NCBI GenBank assembly: GCA_965223795.1
Contig: CBDCXL010000002.1
Coordinates: 640,001 to 704,000, forward strand
DNA length: 64,000 bases
From: Nitrospinales bacterium
Lineage (GTDB): Bacteria > Nitrospinota > Nitrospinia > Nitrospinales > VA-1
Direction: 5' to 3'
The notes beneath the pieces were generated by a model that did not search any database, was not told the origin of the DNA, and saw only the letters and a program-made list of their open reading frames with translations. Numbering within the stretch: the stretch's first letter is position 1; each line of letters starts with the position of its first letter. Made by a program: the position numbers and the translations under genes. This document shows positions 29,417-38,491 of this stretch, in pieces.

Positions 29417-30238
29417 ATGAACCTCGATCACAAACAGTCGCTTCTGGAATCCCGTCTGCGCGAACTCAAAAGCGTGGTGGTGGCGTTTTCCGGCGGGGTG
29501 GACAGCACGCTGGTTTTGGCCGCGGCCAAAGCGGTTCTGGGCGACAACACGCTCGCGGTCACGGCGCGCTCGCCCAGCGTCGCGGCGAGGGAACTGGCGG
29601 TGAGCGAACGTCTGGCGCGGGAGATCGGCGCCGCGCACCGGATCATCGACACGGAGGAAATGGCCGACGCCAACTACCGGGCCAACCCGGCCGACCGCTG
29701 CTATTACTGCAAATCGGAACTGTATGGCAAGCTGCTCGCCGTCGCCAGAGAACACGGTTTCGCGTATGTGGTCAACGGCATCAACTTAGACGATCTGGGC
29801 GACCACCGTCCCGGCATCGGCGCGGCCAAAGAGGCGGGCGTCGTGAGCCCGCTGGCGGAGGCGGGCCTTTGCAAACAGGAAGTGCGGCAGCTGGCGAAAC
29901 GGTATGCGCTTTCCAACTGGGACAAGCCCGCCATGCCCTGCCTCTCTTCCAGGGTGCCGTACGGCGATGCCATCTCGGCAGAGAAACTTAAGATGATCGA
30001 GCGGGCGGAGGACGTTCTGCTGGCGCTGGATTTCAGGCAGCTTCGGGTGCGGCACCTGGGCGATGTGGCGCGCATCGAACTGGAAGCCGATGCGATCCCG
30101 CGTTTTCAAGCGGACGGGATCGCGGAGACGGTGCGGCGGCGCTTTCGGGAAATCGGATTCCGCGACTTCATTCTCGATCCGGAGGGATTCCGTTCGGGCC
30201 GGTTGAACGAGGCGCTGTTCAAAACGACGAAGGATTGA
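29417..30238 (+). CDS. larE: LarE-family ATP-dependent sulfur transferase
   Basis: PP-loop AFSGGVDS, RCYYCK, DDLGDHRPG, PCLSSRVPYG and GFRSG motifs. Confidence 0.9.
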   Translation: MNLDHKQSLLESRLRELKSVVVAFSGGVDSTLVLAAAKAVLGDNTLAVTARSPSVAARELAVSERLAREIGAAHRIIDTEEMADANYRANPADRCYYCKSELYGKLLAVAREHGFAYVVNGINLDDLGDHRPGIGAAKEAGVVSPLAEAGLCKQEVRQLAKRYALSNWDKPAMPCLSSRVPYGDAISAEKLKMIERAEDVLLALDFRQLRVRHLGDVARIELEADAIPRFQADGIAETVRRRFREIGFRDFILDPEGFRSGRLNEALFKTTKD

Positions 30239-30319
30239 GTGTGCGTGCGAAACGCACCGATGCGGTTGCGTTTCGTAAGGGGCAAAGAAGCTTCCCTTAT
30301 GTGACATTTGCATTCGTCT

Positions 30320-30374
30320 TTGTCATGCTGAGCCTGTCGAAGCATGACACCCTTCGACAAGCTCAGGGTGACAA
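30320..30374. repeat. REP-like palindrome, copy 2
   Basis: ttgtcatgctgagcctgtcgaagcatgacacccttcgacaagctcagggtgacaa. Confidence 0.9.
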
Positions 30375-30448
30375 CAGGTTCCAAGCTTCTTAACCGTCAG
30401 ACAGATGTAATAGTCTCCTTATGGAGTTCTCAAAGGATCGTTTGAAAA

Positions 30449-30682
30449 ATGTGGAAAGTCGAGCTGCGGCCTGAAATCCGAAAAGAACTGAAAGACCCGG
30501 ACCGCTTCGCCCGGGGCCTGAGCGCGGTCTACACCGGCCTCACCATCACCATGAGCGGCGTGGTGATGATGCTGATCCTGTATTTCGCCAAGCCGGAACA
30601 CGTGCTGCACCCCACCTGGCTGCTGTTCATCGGTTTCGCGGTCGTCGGCTGGGGCGAATGGGAAAAATTCCGCTCGAAGTGA
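30449..30682 (+). CDS. Small two-TM membrane protein
   Basis: 77 aa, two hydrophobic helices, typical codon use. Confidence 0.7.
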   Translation: MWKVELRPEIRKELKDPDRFARGLSAVYTGLTITMSGVVMMLILYFAKPEHVLHPTWLLFIGFAVVGWGEWEKFRSK

Positions 30683-30692
30683 ATTCCCGGCT

Positions 30693-31589
30693 TCACACAT
30701 CCTTCGGGGGGTCCTCCTCCGAACCGCTTTCCTTTTTGTCTTCCCTGTGGTGATTCTGCGGCTGTCTGCCGAGATCGAGCGAGCGCCGGGTCGCGTCTTC
30801 CACGGCGTTCATGAGCGTGGTGCGCAGGCCGCCGGCTTCCAGGGTGTGCAGGCCTGAGATCGAGGTGCCGCCGGGGGATGTGACCATGTCTTTCAGTTCA
30901 CCGGGGTGCTTGCCGCTTTCGCGCGCCAGCTTGGCGGACCCGAGCACGGTCTGGATGGTGAGGATATTGGCCACGCGGCGCGACAGGCCCATTTTGACAC
31001 CCGCGTCGGACAGGGCCTCGATGATCATGAAGATGTAGGCGGGGCCGCTGCCGGACAGGCCGGTGACCGCGTCGAGCTGGGCTTCGTCCACATCGACGGT
31101 GCTGCCGATGGCCTCGAACAGGCGGTGGGCGATCTTGACGTCCATCTTGGAGACGTTCGCTCCCGAGGCGATCGCCGTCACGCCCTCCTGCACCAGCGCC
31201 GGGGTGTTGGGCATGGTGCGCACGATGCAGAACCGGGTCTTGGGATTGCCCTTGGCCAGGGCTTCTTCCATGTTGCGCATGGTCACGCCCGCGGCGATGG
31301 ACACCAGCAGCTTCTTGTTGTCCACGAGATCGCCGATGTCCTCCAGCACTTTCTGGGCGACCTGCGGCTTGACGGCGAGGATGAGGATGTCGCTTTTCTG
31401 CACCAGCTCGCGGTTGTCCTGGGTGCCGCGCACGCGGTACTCGGAGCGCAGGAAATCGAGCCGCGCCTGCAGGGGGTCGGCCACCAGGATGTTCTTCGCC
31501 TCGATGAAGGAAGCGGAAAGCAGCCCCTTGACCATGGCTTCGGCCATGTTGCCGCCGCCGATGAAACCCAGTTTTTTACTCGTCAGCAC
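30693..31589 (-). CDS. proC: Pyrroline-5-carboxylate reductase
   Basis: GFIGGGNMA, AVKPQ, RTMPNTP, TGLSGSGPAY and VTSPGGT motifs. Confidence 0.96.
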   Translation of the reverse strand: MLTSKKLGFIGGGNMAEAMVKGLLSASFIEAKNILVADPLQARLDFLRSEYRVRGTQDNRELVQKSDILILAVKPQVAQKVLEDIGDLVDNKKLLVSIAAGVTMRNMEEALAKGNPKTRFCIVRTMPNTPALVQEGVTAIASGANVSKMDVKIAHRLFEAIGSTVDVDEAQLDAVTGLSGSGPAYIFMIIEALSDAGVKMGLSRRVANILTIQTVLGSAKLARESGKHPGELKDMVTSPGGTSISGLHTLEAGGLRTTLMNAVEDATRRSLDLGRQPQNHHREDKKESGSEEDPPKDV

Positions 31590-31643
31590 GGATCGTTTCT
31601 CCTGAACGTGTTGTCAGATTGCCTGCGTGAGAATGCAGTCCAA

Positions 31644-32333
31644 TCATTCGGGCCGTTCTCCGAAGATGGCGGTGCCCACGCGCACCCAGGTGGCGCCTTC
31701 TTCGATGGCCACCTCGAAATCGTTGGACATGCCCATCGACAATTCCGCCAGCGCGACGCCGGGGATCTGCGCCCGAACGGCCTCATCGCGCAATTCCCTG
31801 AGGCGCGCGAAATGGGGGCGCGACCGTTCCGGGTCGGGATCGAACGGCGGGATCGTCATCAGGCCCTGAACCCGCACGCCGGGATAGCCGCTGACGTCCC
31901 GCAGGGTGCCCTTGAGCGCCTGGGGCGGGATGCCGGATTTGCTGGCTTCGCCGGAGACGTTGACCTGGATCAGAACGGGCGTGACCCTCTCGATGTCGAG
32001 GCTGCTTTGATGAATGGACTTCGCAAGCTCCACGCTGTCCACGGAATGGATGCACTCCGTCCGGCCGACGATGCGCCTGACCTTGTTTCTCTGCAAATGC
32101 CCGATGAAATGCCAGCGCAGGGGCACCTCTTCGAGGCGGCCGATTTTTTCGCAGGCTTCCTGGACGCGGTTCTCGCCGAAGCAGTCCGCGCCCGCGGTCC
32201 GGGCCTCAAGGATTTCCTCCACCGAACGGTTCTTGCTGACGACGATCAGGTGGACGGTGTCGGGGGAACGCCCTGCCCTGCGGGCGGCGGCCTCGATTCG
32301 CTGCTGCACGGCTTTGAGGTTTTCGGCAATCAA
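31644..32333 (-). CDS. yggS: YggS/PLPBP pyridoxal phosphate homeostasis protein
   Basis: VVSK, FGENRVQE, WHFIGHLQRNK, LSMGMSND and VRVGTAIFG motifs. Confidence 0.95.
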   Translation of the reverse strand: MIAENLKAVQQRIEAAARRAGRSPDTVHLIVVSKNRSVEEILEARTAGADCFGENRVQEACEKIGRLEEVPLRWHFIGHLQRNKVRRIVGRTECIHSVDSVELAKSIHQSSLDIERVTPVLIQVNVSGEASKSGIPPQALKGTLRDVSGYPGVRVQGLMTIPPFDPDPERSRPHFARLRELRDEAVRAQIPGVALAELSMGMSNDFEVAIEEGATWVRVGTAIFGERPE

Positions 32334-32668
32334 TAAAGCGCTTGCTCGCCCCTCTCTCCCGTTCGAATGCGTACGGCTTCCTCCACCGGGAGCACGAAGA
32401 TTTTGCCGTCGCCCAGGGAACCGGTCTGGACGGTCTTGACCAGAGTCTGAAGCACTTCCTCCACGGCCCCGTCTTCCAGCACCACCGTGATCTCGACGCG
32501 GGGATGGAATTGCGGGATTTTCGAGTCGACCTCGGATTTCAACTGACTCATCGGTTTGCCGATTCCCTTCACATCCGCCACGGAAAGGCCGGGAACGCCG
32601 AGGTGGAACAGCTTCTCCCTCACCTCTTCCAGTTTTTCAAAGCGTATGTAGCATTTGATCATTTTCAT
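32330..32668 (-). CDS. PII-family signalling protein with an atypical T-loop
   Basis: TGSLGDGKIFVLPVEEAVRIRTGERG C-terminal PII signature; 112 aa. Confidence 0.9.
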   Translation of the reverse strand: MKMIKCYIRFEKLEEVREKLFHLGVPGLSVADVKGIGKPMSQLKSEVDSKIPQFHPRVEITVVLEDGAVEEVLQTLVKTVQTGSLGDGKIFVLPVEEAVRIRTGERGEQALY

Positions 32669-32789
32669 GGCTGCGGTCAATTTAGACCAAAAAAAAAGGC
32701 TTTGCAATCCGAAACGGTTACAAAGCCTTTTCCTGCCAATGGGTCGCCGCCGGGGAACACCCGGTTTCTCCCGTGTTTTGGGCCCGGAC

Positions 32790-33185
32790 TTAAAACTCGA
32801 TCTCTTTTCCGGCCGTGATCAGACGGCGGGCGACCGCCACCAGCTTTTCTTTTTCCAGCGGCTTGACGAGATAATCCTTCACGCCTTTTTTCAGCAGGGA
32901 GGTGGCCATTTCCGTATCGGGATAGCCGGTCACGACCACCACGGGAATTCCGGGAGCCTCTTTCCTCAGAAAATCGATGCATTCGATGCCGTTGACCTTG
33001 GGCATCCGGATGTCGCACAGGATCAATCCGACGTTGATCATGTTGTCTCCCTGGCGCAGGATCTCGATGGCCTGTTCGCCGTCTTCCGCTTCCAGGGTAT
33101 GGAAACCCTCTTTGTTGAGGTGCAGCCGGATCACGTCCCTGACGTCTTGCTCATCATCCACTATCAAAATTTTTCCTGATAACAT
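32790..33185 (-). CDS. Single-domain response regulator
   Basis: ILIVDDE, CDIRMP, VTG and YLVKP motifs. Confidence 0.92.
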   Translation of the reverse strand: MLSGKILIVDDEQDVRDVIRLHLNKEGFHTLEAEDGEQAIEILRQGDNMINVGLILCDIRMPKVNGIECIDFLRKEAPGIPVVVVTGYPDTEMATSLLKKGVKDYLVKPLEKEKLVAVARRLITAGKEIEF

Positions 33186-33404
33186 ATTCGATTCCCCTTT
33201 CAGAAATGTTTGACTCGCGAAACTCCCTGCCGGCCACTCGTGTGAAGCCCCCGTAAACCGATGAATCGTTCATCATTCGGAAGTCACACCCGTGAGACCG
33301 CTTGAGGCTTCAAAACCGCCTGATTCCTCCTTTCCGAAAGCCCGAACCATAAAAGGTTGCGAAAACAATGCGACGCGCCTATCTTTGCCTTTGATGGTTT
33401 CTTA

Positions 33405-33433
33405 AAGCTAGGTCCGCTTCCGAAAGCTGTCAA
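33405..33433 (-). promoter_or_regulatory. Sigma-70 promoter of the response regulator, with a long 5' UTR
   Basis: Minus strand TTGACA-N17-TAGCTT. Confidence 0.55.
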
Positions 33434-33478
33434 GAGGCAATCCAGCCCCTGGGAAAGCAATCTTAAAGGAACGCCCGC

Positions 33479-35905
33479 ATGAACGATGAGAAGACCGGCG
33501 CCGCGCCTCCGCCTTCCACTCCCAAAAAAGGATTGAAAAACAAATTGATCCTCACCATGATCTCGGTGGGCACGCTGCCTTTGCTTCTGGCCATGGGGCT
33601 TTCCTACGTTCAGGGCAACAAATCGCTGCAGAATGTGATGGGGTCGAGCTTTCAGGCGCTGGCCTACGAAACCTCGACCAAGCTCGATTACATCATGAAG
33701 GAGGAATTCGACGAAGACATCCGGCTGACGACGCATCCGACGATTTTGCTGAAAGCGAGAGCGCACAGCAAGATCACGCGCGATCTCACCGAGGATGAAC
33801 TCAAAGCGCGCTTCGCGGAACAGGAAGCCCTCTGGGCGAAACAAGACCCCGGAATGGATTTCCTTCTATACAACACGGGAAGCCGGGTGCTGCGGAGTTT
33901 TCTGCGGGAAGACACGATCTCCAACCGCACCACGCACGCCATGTACATCACGGACGCGCGCGGCGTCCTGCTTTCGAGCATCAACCATTTTCCCGATTAT
34001 CTCTCCAGCCACCTGCCGGAATTTTCAATGATCATGGGGAACGGAAAAGGCTTCACCTACATCAGCCACCTGTTCGATATTCCGGAAATCGAGCAGCACG
34101 GGTTTCTGGTTTCGTTTCCCATCATGGATCACGACAAGTCGGTGGTCGGCGTGTTTCACCGCGTGTACCGCGCGAAGGAGTTCTTTTCGCATCTGATCGA
34201 ACCGATCCTGTTCGGCGACACCGGCCACGTGATGCTGATCAACTCGAAGGGCGTGGTGATCGACTGCCCCATCCTGCCGACGGGACATCAGCTGGAGGAG
34301 ACGGAACTGGTGCGGAGCGTCACCCGGCACGAAGCGAACTGGGCGATGACGCAGGGGGACGGGCACGGCAGCAAGGAGCTGTCCATCATCGGATTTTCGC
34401 CGCTCGATCAAACCAACGTCTTCAAGATGAAATCCACCGGAGACACCTGGCACACCTTCGCCTGGCAGTCTTCCGAAGAGTTGTTCGCCCCGATGGAAAA
34501 GCTGTTTCTGTGGATTTCGGCGGCGGGCTTCATCTCCATCCTTCTGATCGTGATCATGGGATCGCTCGCGTCCAACCACATCGTGCAGCCGATCCGCCAG
34601 GTGCAGACCATGGCGGCGCGCATCGGCCGCGGTGAAGATGTCGAGCCGCTGAAGATCACAACGGGAGATGAGATCGAGTCCCTCGCCAAAGAGATCAACT
34701 CCATGAACGCGATGCTGAAAATATCCTTTTCCGGCCTGGAGGACAAAGTCCGCGAGAAAACCAAAGAGGTGCGCTATCTGCAGGAGTACACCGAAAGCAT
34801 TCTGATGAGCGTTCCGGACATCCTGGTCATCTTCAACGATGATTTGAAAATCGAATACGTCAACTCGGCTTTCGAAACGCTCACCGGAGTGCGCGGCGAG
34901 GATGTGATCGGCAAGCCGCTCGATGCGGCCAACCTGGAATACAAGGACGCGTGGCTGTCCACGCTGCCGGGGCTCAAATCCTATTGCAACAACGGCAGCA
35001 AGCAAGCTTCCCTGCCGCCCGGTGAATCCGGCACGGCCTACCGCGACGTGCCGCGGGACCCGCTGGCGCCGCAGCAGCCGGCGCTGACCGCGCAATCCAC
35101 CTCGATCCTGACATTGGGCTCGCGCAGTTTCGCCTACCAGTATTTCGATGTGGCGCTGACGGTCGAAGACAAACGGCGGATCGGTCTGTTGATGAAGGAA
35201 ATCAGTGAAGAAAAAGCACTGCAGGAACAGCTGGCCATGGCGGATAAACTGTCCGGCCTGGGAACGCTGGCGGCGGGCATCGCGCACGAGATGAACAATC
35301 CTCTGTACTCGATCATGGGATTCACCGAGGCGATCCTGGAGGAAAAGGAAACTTCAAAGATCCACAGCTATGCGGAGAAGGTGCTGAGCCGGGCCAAGCA
35401 CATGGCCTCGATCATCCTCAATTTTGCCGGGTATTCGCGCTCCAGCGGCAGCGACTCGCTGCAGGACGTCAACGTGAACGAACGGCTGGACGCGTCTTTG
35501 GAGATGGCGCTTCTGGCTTCGTATTCGGACGATATCGTGACGGAGAAAAATTATGCCGACGTGCCGCTCATCCCAGCGAAACCCGAGGAGATTCAGCAGA
35601 TCTTTCTCAATATCTTCGCCAATGCGGTGCAGGCGATGGAGGGAAAAGGCAAGCTGGAGATCTCTTCGCAGCCGCTCAACGGCAACATCGTGACCGTCAT
35701 CCGGGACACCGGGCCGGGCATTCCGCTGGAATATCTGTCCAAGGTGTTCGATCCGTTTTTCACCACCAAGGAACAAGGCAAGGGGACCGGTCTGGGGCTC
35801 AACATCGTGCACCGGCTGGTGGAAAAATACGGCGGCCAGATCTCGGTGGACTCCAAAGTGGGGGAAGGCACCACCTTCACCGTCACCTTTCCTTACAGCG
35901 AATGA
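33479..35905 (+). CDS. Membrane sensor histidine kinase (Cache-like, HAMP, PAS, HisKA, HATPase)
   Basis: Two TM segments, HAMP (GDEIESLA), AGIAHEMNNPL and FDPFFTTKEQGKGTGLGL. Confidence 0.94.
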   Translation: MNDEKTGAAPPPSTPKKGLKNKLILTMISVGTLPLLLAMGLSYVQGNKSLQNVMGSSFQALAYETSTKLDYIMKEEFDEDIRLTTHPTILLKARAHSKITRDLTEDELKARFAEQEALWAKQDPGMDFLLYNTGSRVLRSFLREDTISNRTTHAMYITDARGVLLSSINHFPDYLSSHLPEFSMIMGNGKGFTYISHLFDIPEIEQHGFLVSFPIMDHDKSVVGVFHRVYRAKEFFSHLIEPILFGDTGHVMLINSKGVVIDCPILPTGHQLEETELVRSVTRHEANWAMTQGDGHGSKELSIIGFSPLDQTNVFKMKSTGDTWHTFAWQSSEELFAPMEKLFLWISAAGFISILLIVIMGSLASNHIVQPIRQVQTMAARIGRGEDVEPLKITTGDEIESLAKEINSMNAMLKISFSGLEDKVREKTKEVRYLQEYTESILMSVPDILVIFNDDLKIEYVNSAFETLTGVRGEDVIGKPLDAANLEYKDAWLSTLPGLKSYCNNGSKQASLPPGESGTAYRDVPRDPLAPQQPALTAQSTSILTLGSRSFAYQYFDVALTVEDKRRIGLLMKEISEEKALQEQLAMADKLSGLGTLAAGIAHEMNNPLYSIMGFTEAILEEKETSKIHSYAEKVLSRAKHMASIILNFAGYSRSSGSDSLQDVNVNERLDASLEMALLASYSDDIVTEKNYADVPLIPAKPEEIQQIFLNIFANAVQAMEGKGKLEISSQPLNGNIVTVIRDTGPGIPLEYLSKVFDPFFTTKEQGKGTGLGLNIVHRLVEKYGGQISVDSKVGEGTTFTVTFPYSE

Positions 35906-35946
35906 GCCCTGAGTTCACACCGCTTCGGATCTTTGCACACTTTTTA

Positions 35947-36023
35947 TGTCATGCTGAGCCTGTCGAAGCATGACACCCTTCGACCAAGCCTGTCCTGAGC
36001 TTGCCGAAGGGCTCAGGGTGATA
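35947..36023. repeat. REP-like palindrome, copy 3, with a nested half-copy
   Basis: Same core; an extra gcctgtcctgagcttgccgaagg lies within the second hairpin. Confidence 0.88.
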
Positions 36024-36049
36024 AAAGATCCGACATTCGCAAAGCTTTT

Positions 36050-36853
36050 CTACTGTGATTCAGCAGGCTTTTCTTTCTCCTCCGTGCCGTTTTCCGGCAC
36101 GGGCGCCAAAAATTTCACCCAGTTGAGTTTTTCCCATTTCTTGGCTTCTTTGTAGTACTTGTATTCTTTTTCTTTCCGCTTGAATTCCGGAGAGTGGTCC
36201 TGCCAGGCCCCGTTTCGCCGCACCGGCGGCACCCACTGGTGGCACATCTCATGGTACAGGGTCAGCTCCAGCACACACTGGGGCACAAAGTCCTGATTGA
36301 GCCTCGGATGCAGGCGGATGCGCTTTTTTGAGGCGTCGTAGGAACCGAAACGGAACGAACTGCGGTTGGCGGTTTTGGAATCCCGGCCCCATTCCACGGT
36401 GGCTTCGATCTTGCCGTTGAAGTATTCGGCGTTCAGGCGATTGAAAATCGCCTCGATGTTCTTTTCCTGGGACTCGGCCGCTTCGGCCTCCACAGGCGCG
36501 GCCTCGGGGCTTTTTTTCTTTTCGTCCAGAAGGCTCCTGGCGGAGGCGCGGTAGGTCTCGGGTATCTTGTCGAAGCCGGCGATTTTTTTCAACAGAACCG
36601 ACTCCAGGGAACCGAGAACCGCTTCCTCGGCTTCCTGAAAATACGTGAAGTAATGCTTGTTGAACATCTCGAGCGTGACGGGATTTCCATCCTGCGGCAA
36701 GCGGATCTGGCCCAAGAAATCGTGGCCGCTTTTGCGGAACCGGAACAGCAGGTTGTAACCGGGAGGGTCGCTCAGCACCTCCCGGCCCGTTCCGAGGATC
36801 AGGCTGCCGGGATGAAAGGGTTTGCGGAGTGGGAGAGTGTGCGTGTCGTTCAT
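36050..36853 (-). CDS. SprT-like zinc metalloprotease domain protein
   Basis: FNRLNAEYF, FGSY, IRLHPRL, HEMCH and downstream HSPEFK. Confidence 0.8.
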   Translation of the reverse strand: MNDTHTLPLRKPFHPGSLILGTGREVLSDPPGYNLLFRFRKSGHDFLGQIRLPQDGNPVTLEMFNKHYFTYFQEAEEAVLGSLESVLLKKIAGFDKIPETYRASARSLLDEKKKSPEAAPVEAEAAESQEKNIEAIFNRLNAEYFNGKIEATVEWGRDSKTANRSSFRFGSYDASKKRIRLHPRLNQDFVPQCVLELTLYHEMCHQWVPPVRRNGAWQDHSPEFKRKEKEYKYYKEAKKWEKLNWVKFLAPVPENGTEEKEKPAESQ

Positions 36854-37144
36854 TTTAAACCATTGAAAAAGATAATGATTTTAAAGAATTCGCCGGAAAG
36901 CCAGGCGCAGCTTGCGGCCGGTTGTCCCTCAGACAGCATACTTTGTGAAGCGGTGAATCAAAAAGAAATTTCCAGGCGGGCTGGGTGGGGTTGTTTTTTT
37001 CTTTGGCTCTGAGGCGCAAAGAATTTTGAGAATCATGCAATATTTGACCGCGTCTGTCCATAAAATTTTACCTGCGAATACAAGGATCTTTATTCGTGAT
37101 GCGAGAAACTTTACAATGGTTTCAATATCATTTAAGGTTATGGA

Positions 37145-38488
37145 ATGAAATATTTCTGGATTCTGACAGGCCTTTTGCTCAGCATGGCGTGCGCCAGCGG
37201 CAGCGGCCGTATGGACACGCAGTCTTCCGTGGATTTTCCGCTGGCCAAGGTGAAGGCGGATGTGGATCTTTTCCTTTTGACCGACGATGCGGCGGTGGAG
37301 TCCGGGGTGCTGGAACGGCTCAGGCGCATGAACGTGTCGCATGAAACGATCAAGTCCATCCTGAGGGACAACCCGTCCGGGAAGTTCGCGGCCACGGGCC
37401 TTCAGCGCGGGCAGAAATTCGAGCAGGGCCCCAGTCAATACGGGTACGCTGTGTACGCTCCGGAATCGATGCAGCCCGGAAAATCCTATCCCCTGGCGGT
37501 GGTGCTGCACGGGGCGGGAAGCACCGGCGACGCCATCATCGAAACCTGGGTGGAGCGGCTCGGCAAGGAATTCATCGTGTTGTGCCCCTCCTACCCGATG
37601 GGGGCCTGGTGGGCCAAGCCCGCGGAGGACCTGGTGCTGAACCTGATCCAGAAAGTCCAGGCCAGCTACCCTGTGGACACCAACCGCATCTTCCTGGCCG
37701 GCCTGTCCAACGGCGCCATCGGGGCGTACATGATCGGCATGTTCTACCCGGATTATTTCGCCGGGATCATCCCCATCGCCAGCGCCATCACGCCGCGGTA
37801 CATGCATTTTCTGGTCAACCTGCGCAACACGCCGGTGTACATCATCCAGGGCGTGCACGACCCGATTTTTCCGATCCAGCTGACGCGGCAGGTGCACAAA
37901 ATCCTGACGGACATGAAGTACCCGGTCATCTACCGGGAACACGACAAAAAAGGCGCGGCGCACGGAGGGCATTTCCTGCCGGCGGACGAGATCGGCCCGA
38001 TGGTGAACTGGATCAAGCAGCAGAAACGCCAGCCGCTGCCGCAGACGGTGCGCATGACGCGCGAGGCCAACCACCTCGACCGGGTCTACTGGGTGCGGTT
38101 GAGCAAAGGCGTGCAGCTTGCGGCGCTGCAGATTCCCGGTCCTGAAAAGGAACCCATGCAGCTTCGCGACGGCAAGATCGCCACGCTGTTCGCGGTGCAG
38201 AAGGGGGACAACGAAATCCAGGTGATGGGGAAAAACATTCTGGAGTTCGAAGTGTTCCTGAATTCGGAGATGGTCGACTTCGACGCCCCGGTGAAGATCA
38301 CCACGCAGGACATGCGCGAGGAAGGCAATAAAATCATCGCCGGGGAAAAGCAGCTGCGCTACTCCGGCAAAGTGGAAAAGGATCTCGGAACCCTGCTCCG
38401 GTCTTTCAAGGAAAACCGGGACCCGGCCATGCTGTTCGACGCGAAGGTGACGGTTTCCCTGGAAAAGACGCTCGCCTCACGCTTTTGA
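37145..38488 (+). CDS. Alpha/beta-hydrolase (esterase/peptidase-like) lipoprotein
   Basis: Lipobox-like SMAC; VLHGAG, GLSNG nucleophile elbow, QGVHD and GGH. Confidence 0.8.
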   Translation: MKYFWILTGLLLSMACASGSGRMDTQSSVDFPLAKVKADVDLFLLTDDAAVESGVLERLRRMNVSHETIKSILRDNPSGKFAATGLQRGQKFEQGPSQYGYAVYAPESMQPGKSYPLAVVLHGAGSTGDAIIETWVERLGKEFIVLCPSYPMGAWWAKPAEDLVLNLIQKVQASYPVDTNRIFLAGLSNGAIGAYMIGMFYPDYFAGIIPIASAITPRYMHFLVNLRNTPVYIIQGVHDPIFPIQLTRQVHKILTDMKYPVIYREHDKKGAAHGGHFLPADEIGPMVNWIKQQKRQPLPQTVRMTREANHLDRVYWVRLSKGVQLAALQIPGPEKEPMQLRDGKIATLFAVQKGDNEIQVMGKNILEFEVFLNSEMVDFDAPVKITTQDMREEGNKIIAGEKQLRYSGKVEKDLGTLLRSFKENRDPAMLFDAKVTVSLEKTLASRF

Positions 38489-38491
38489 CCC

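Noticed and set aside
33345..33400. c-di-GMP-I riboswitch call
   Set aside because: Only GGCAAA/CGCAA fragments match; the GNRA tetraloop and receptor stem are missing. It is kept only as an unknown structured leader.
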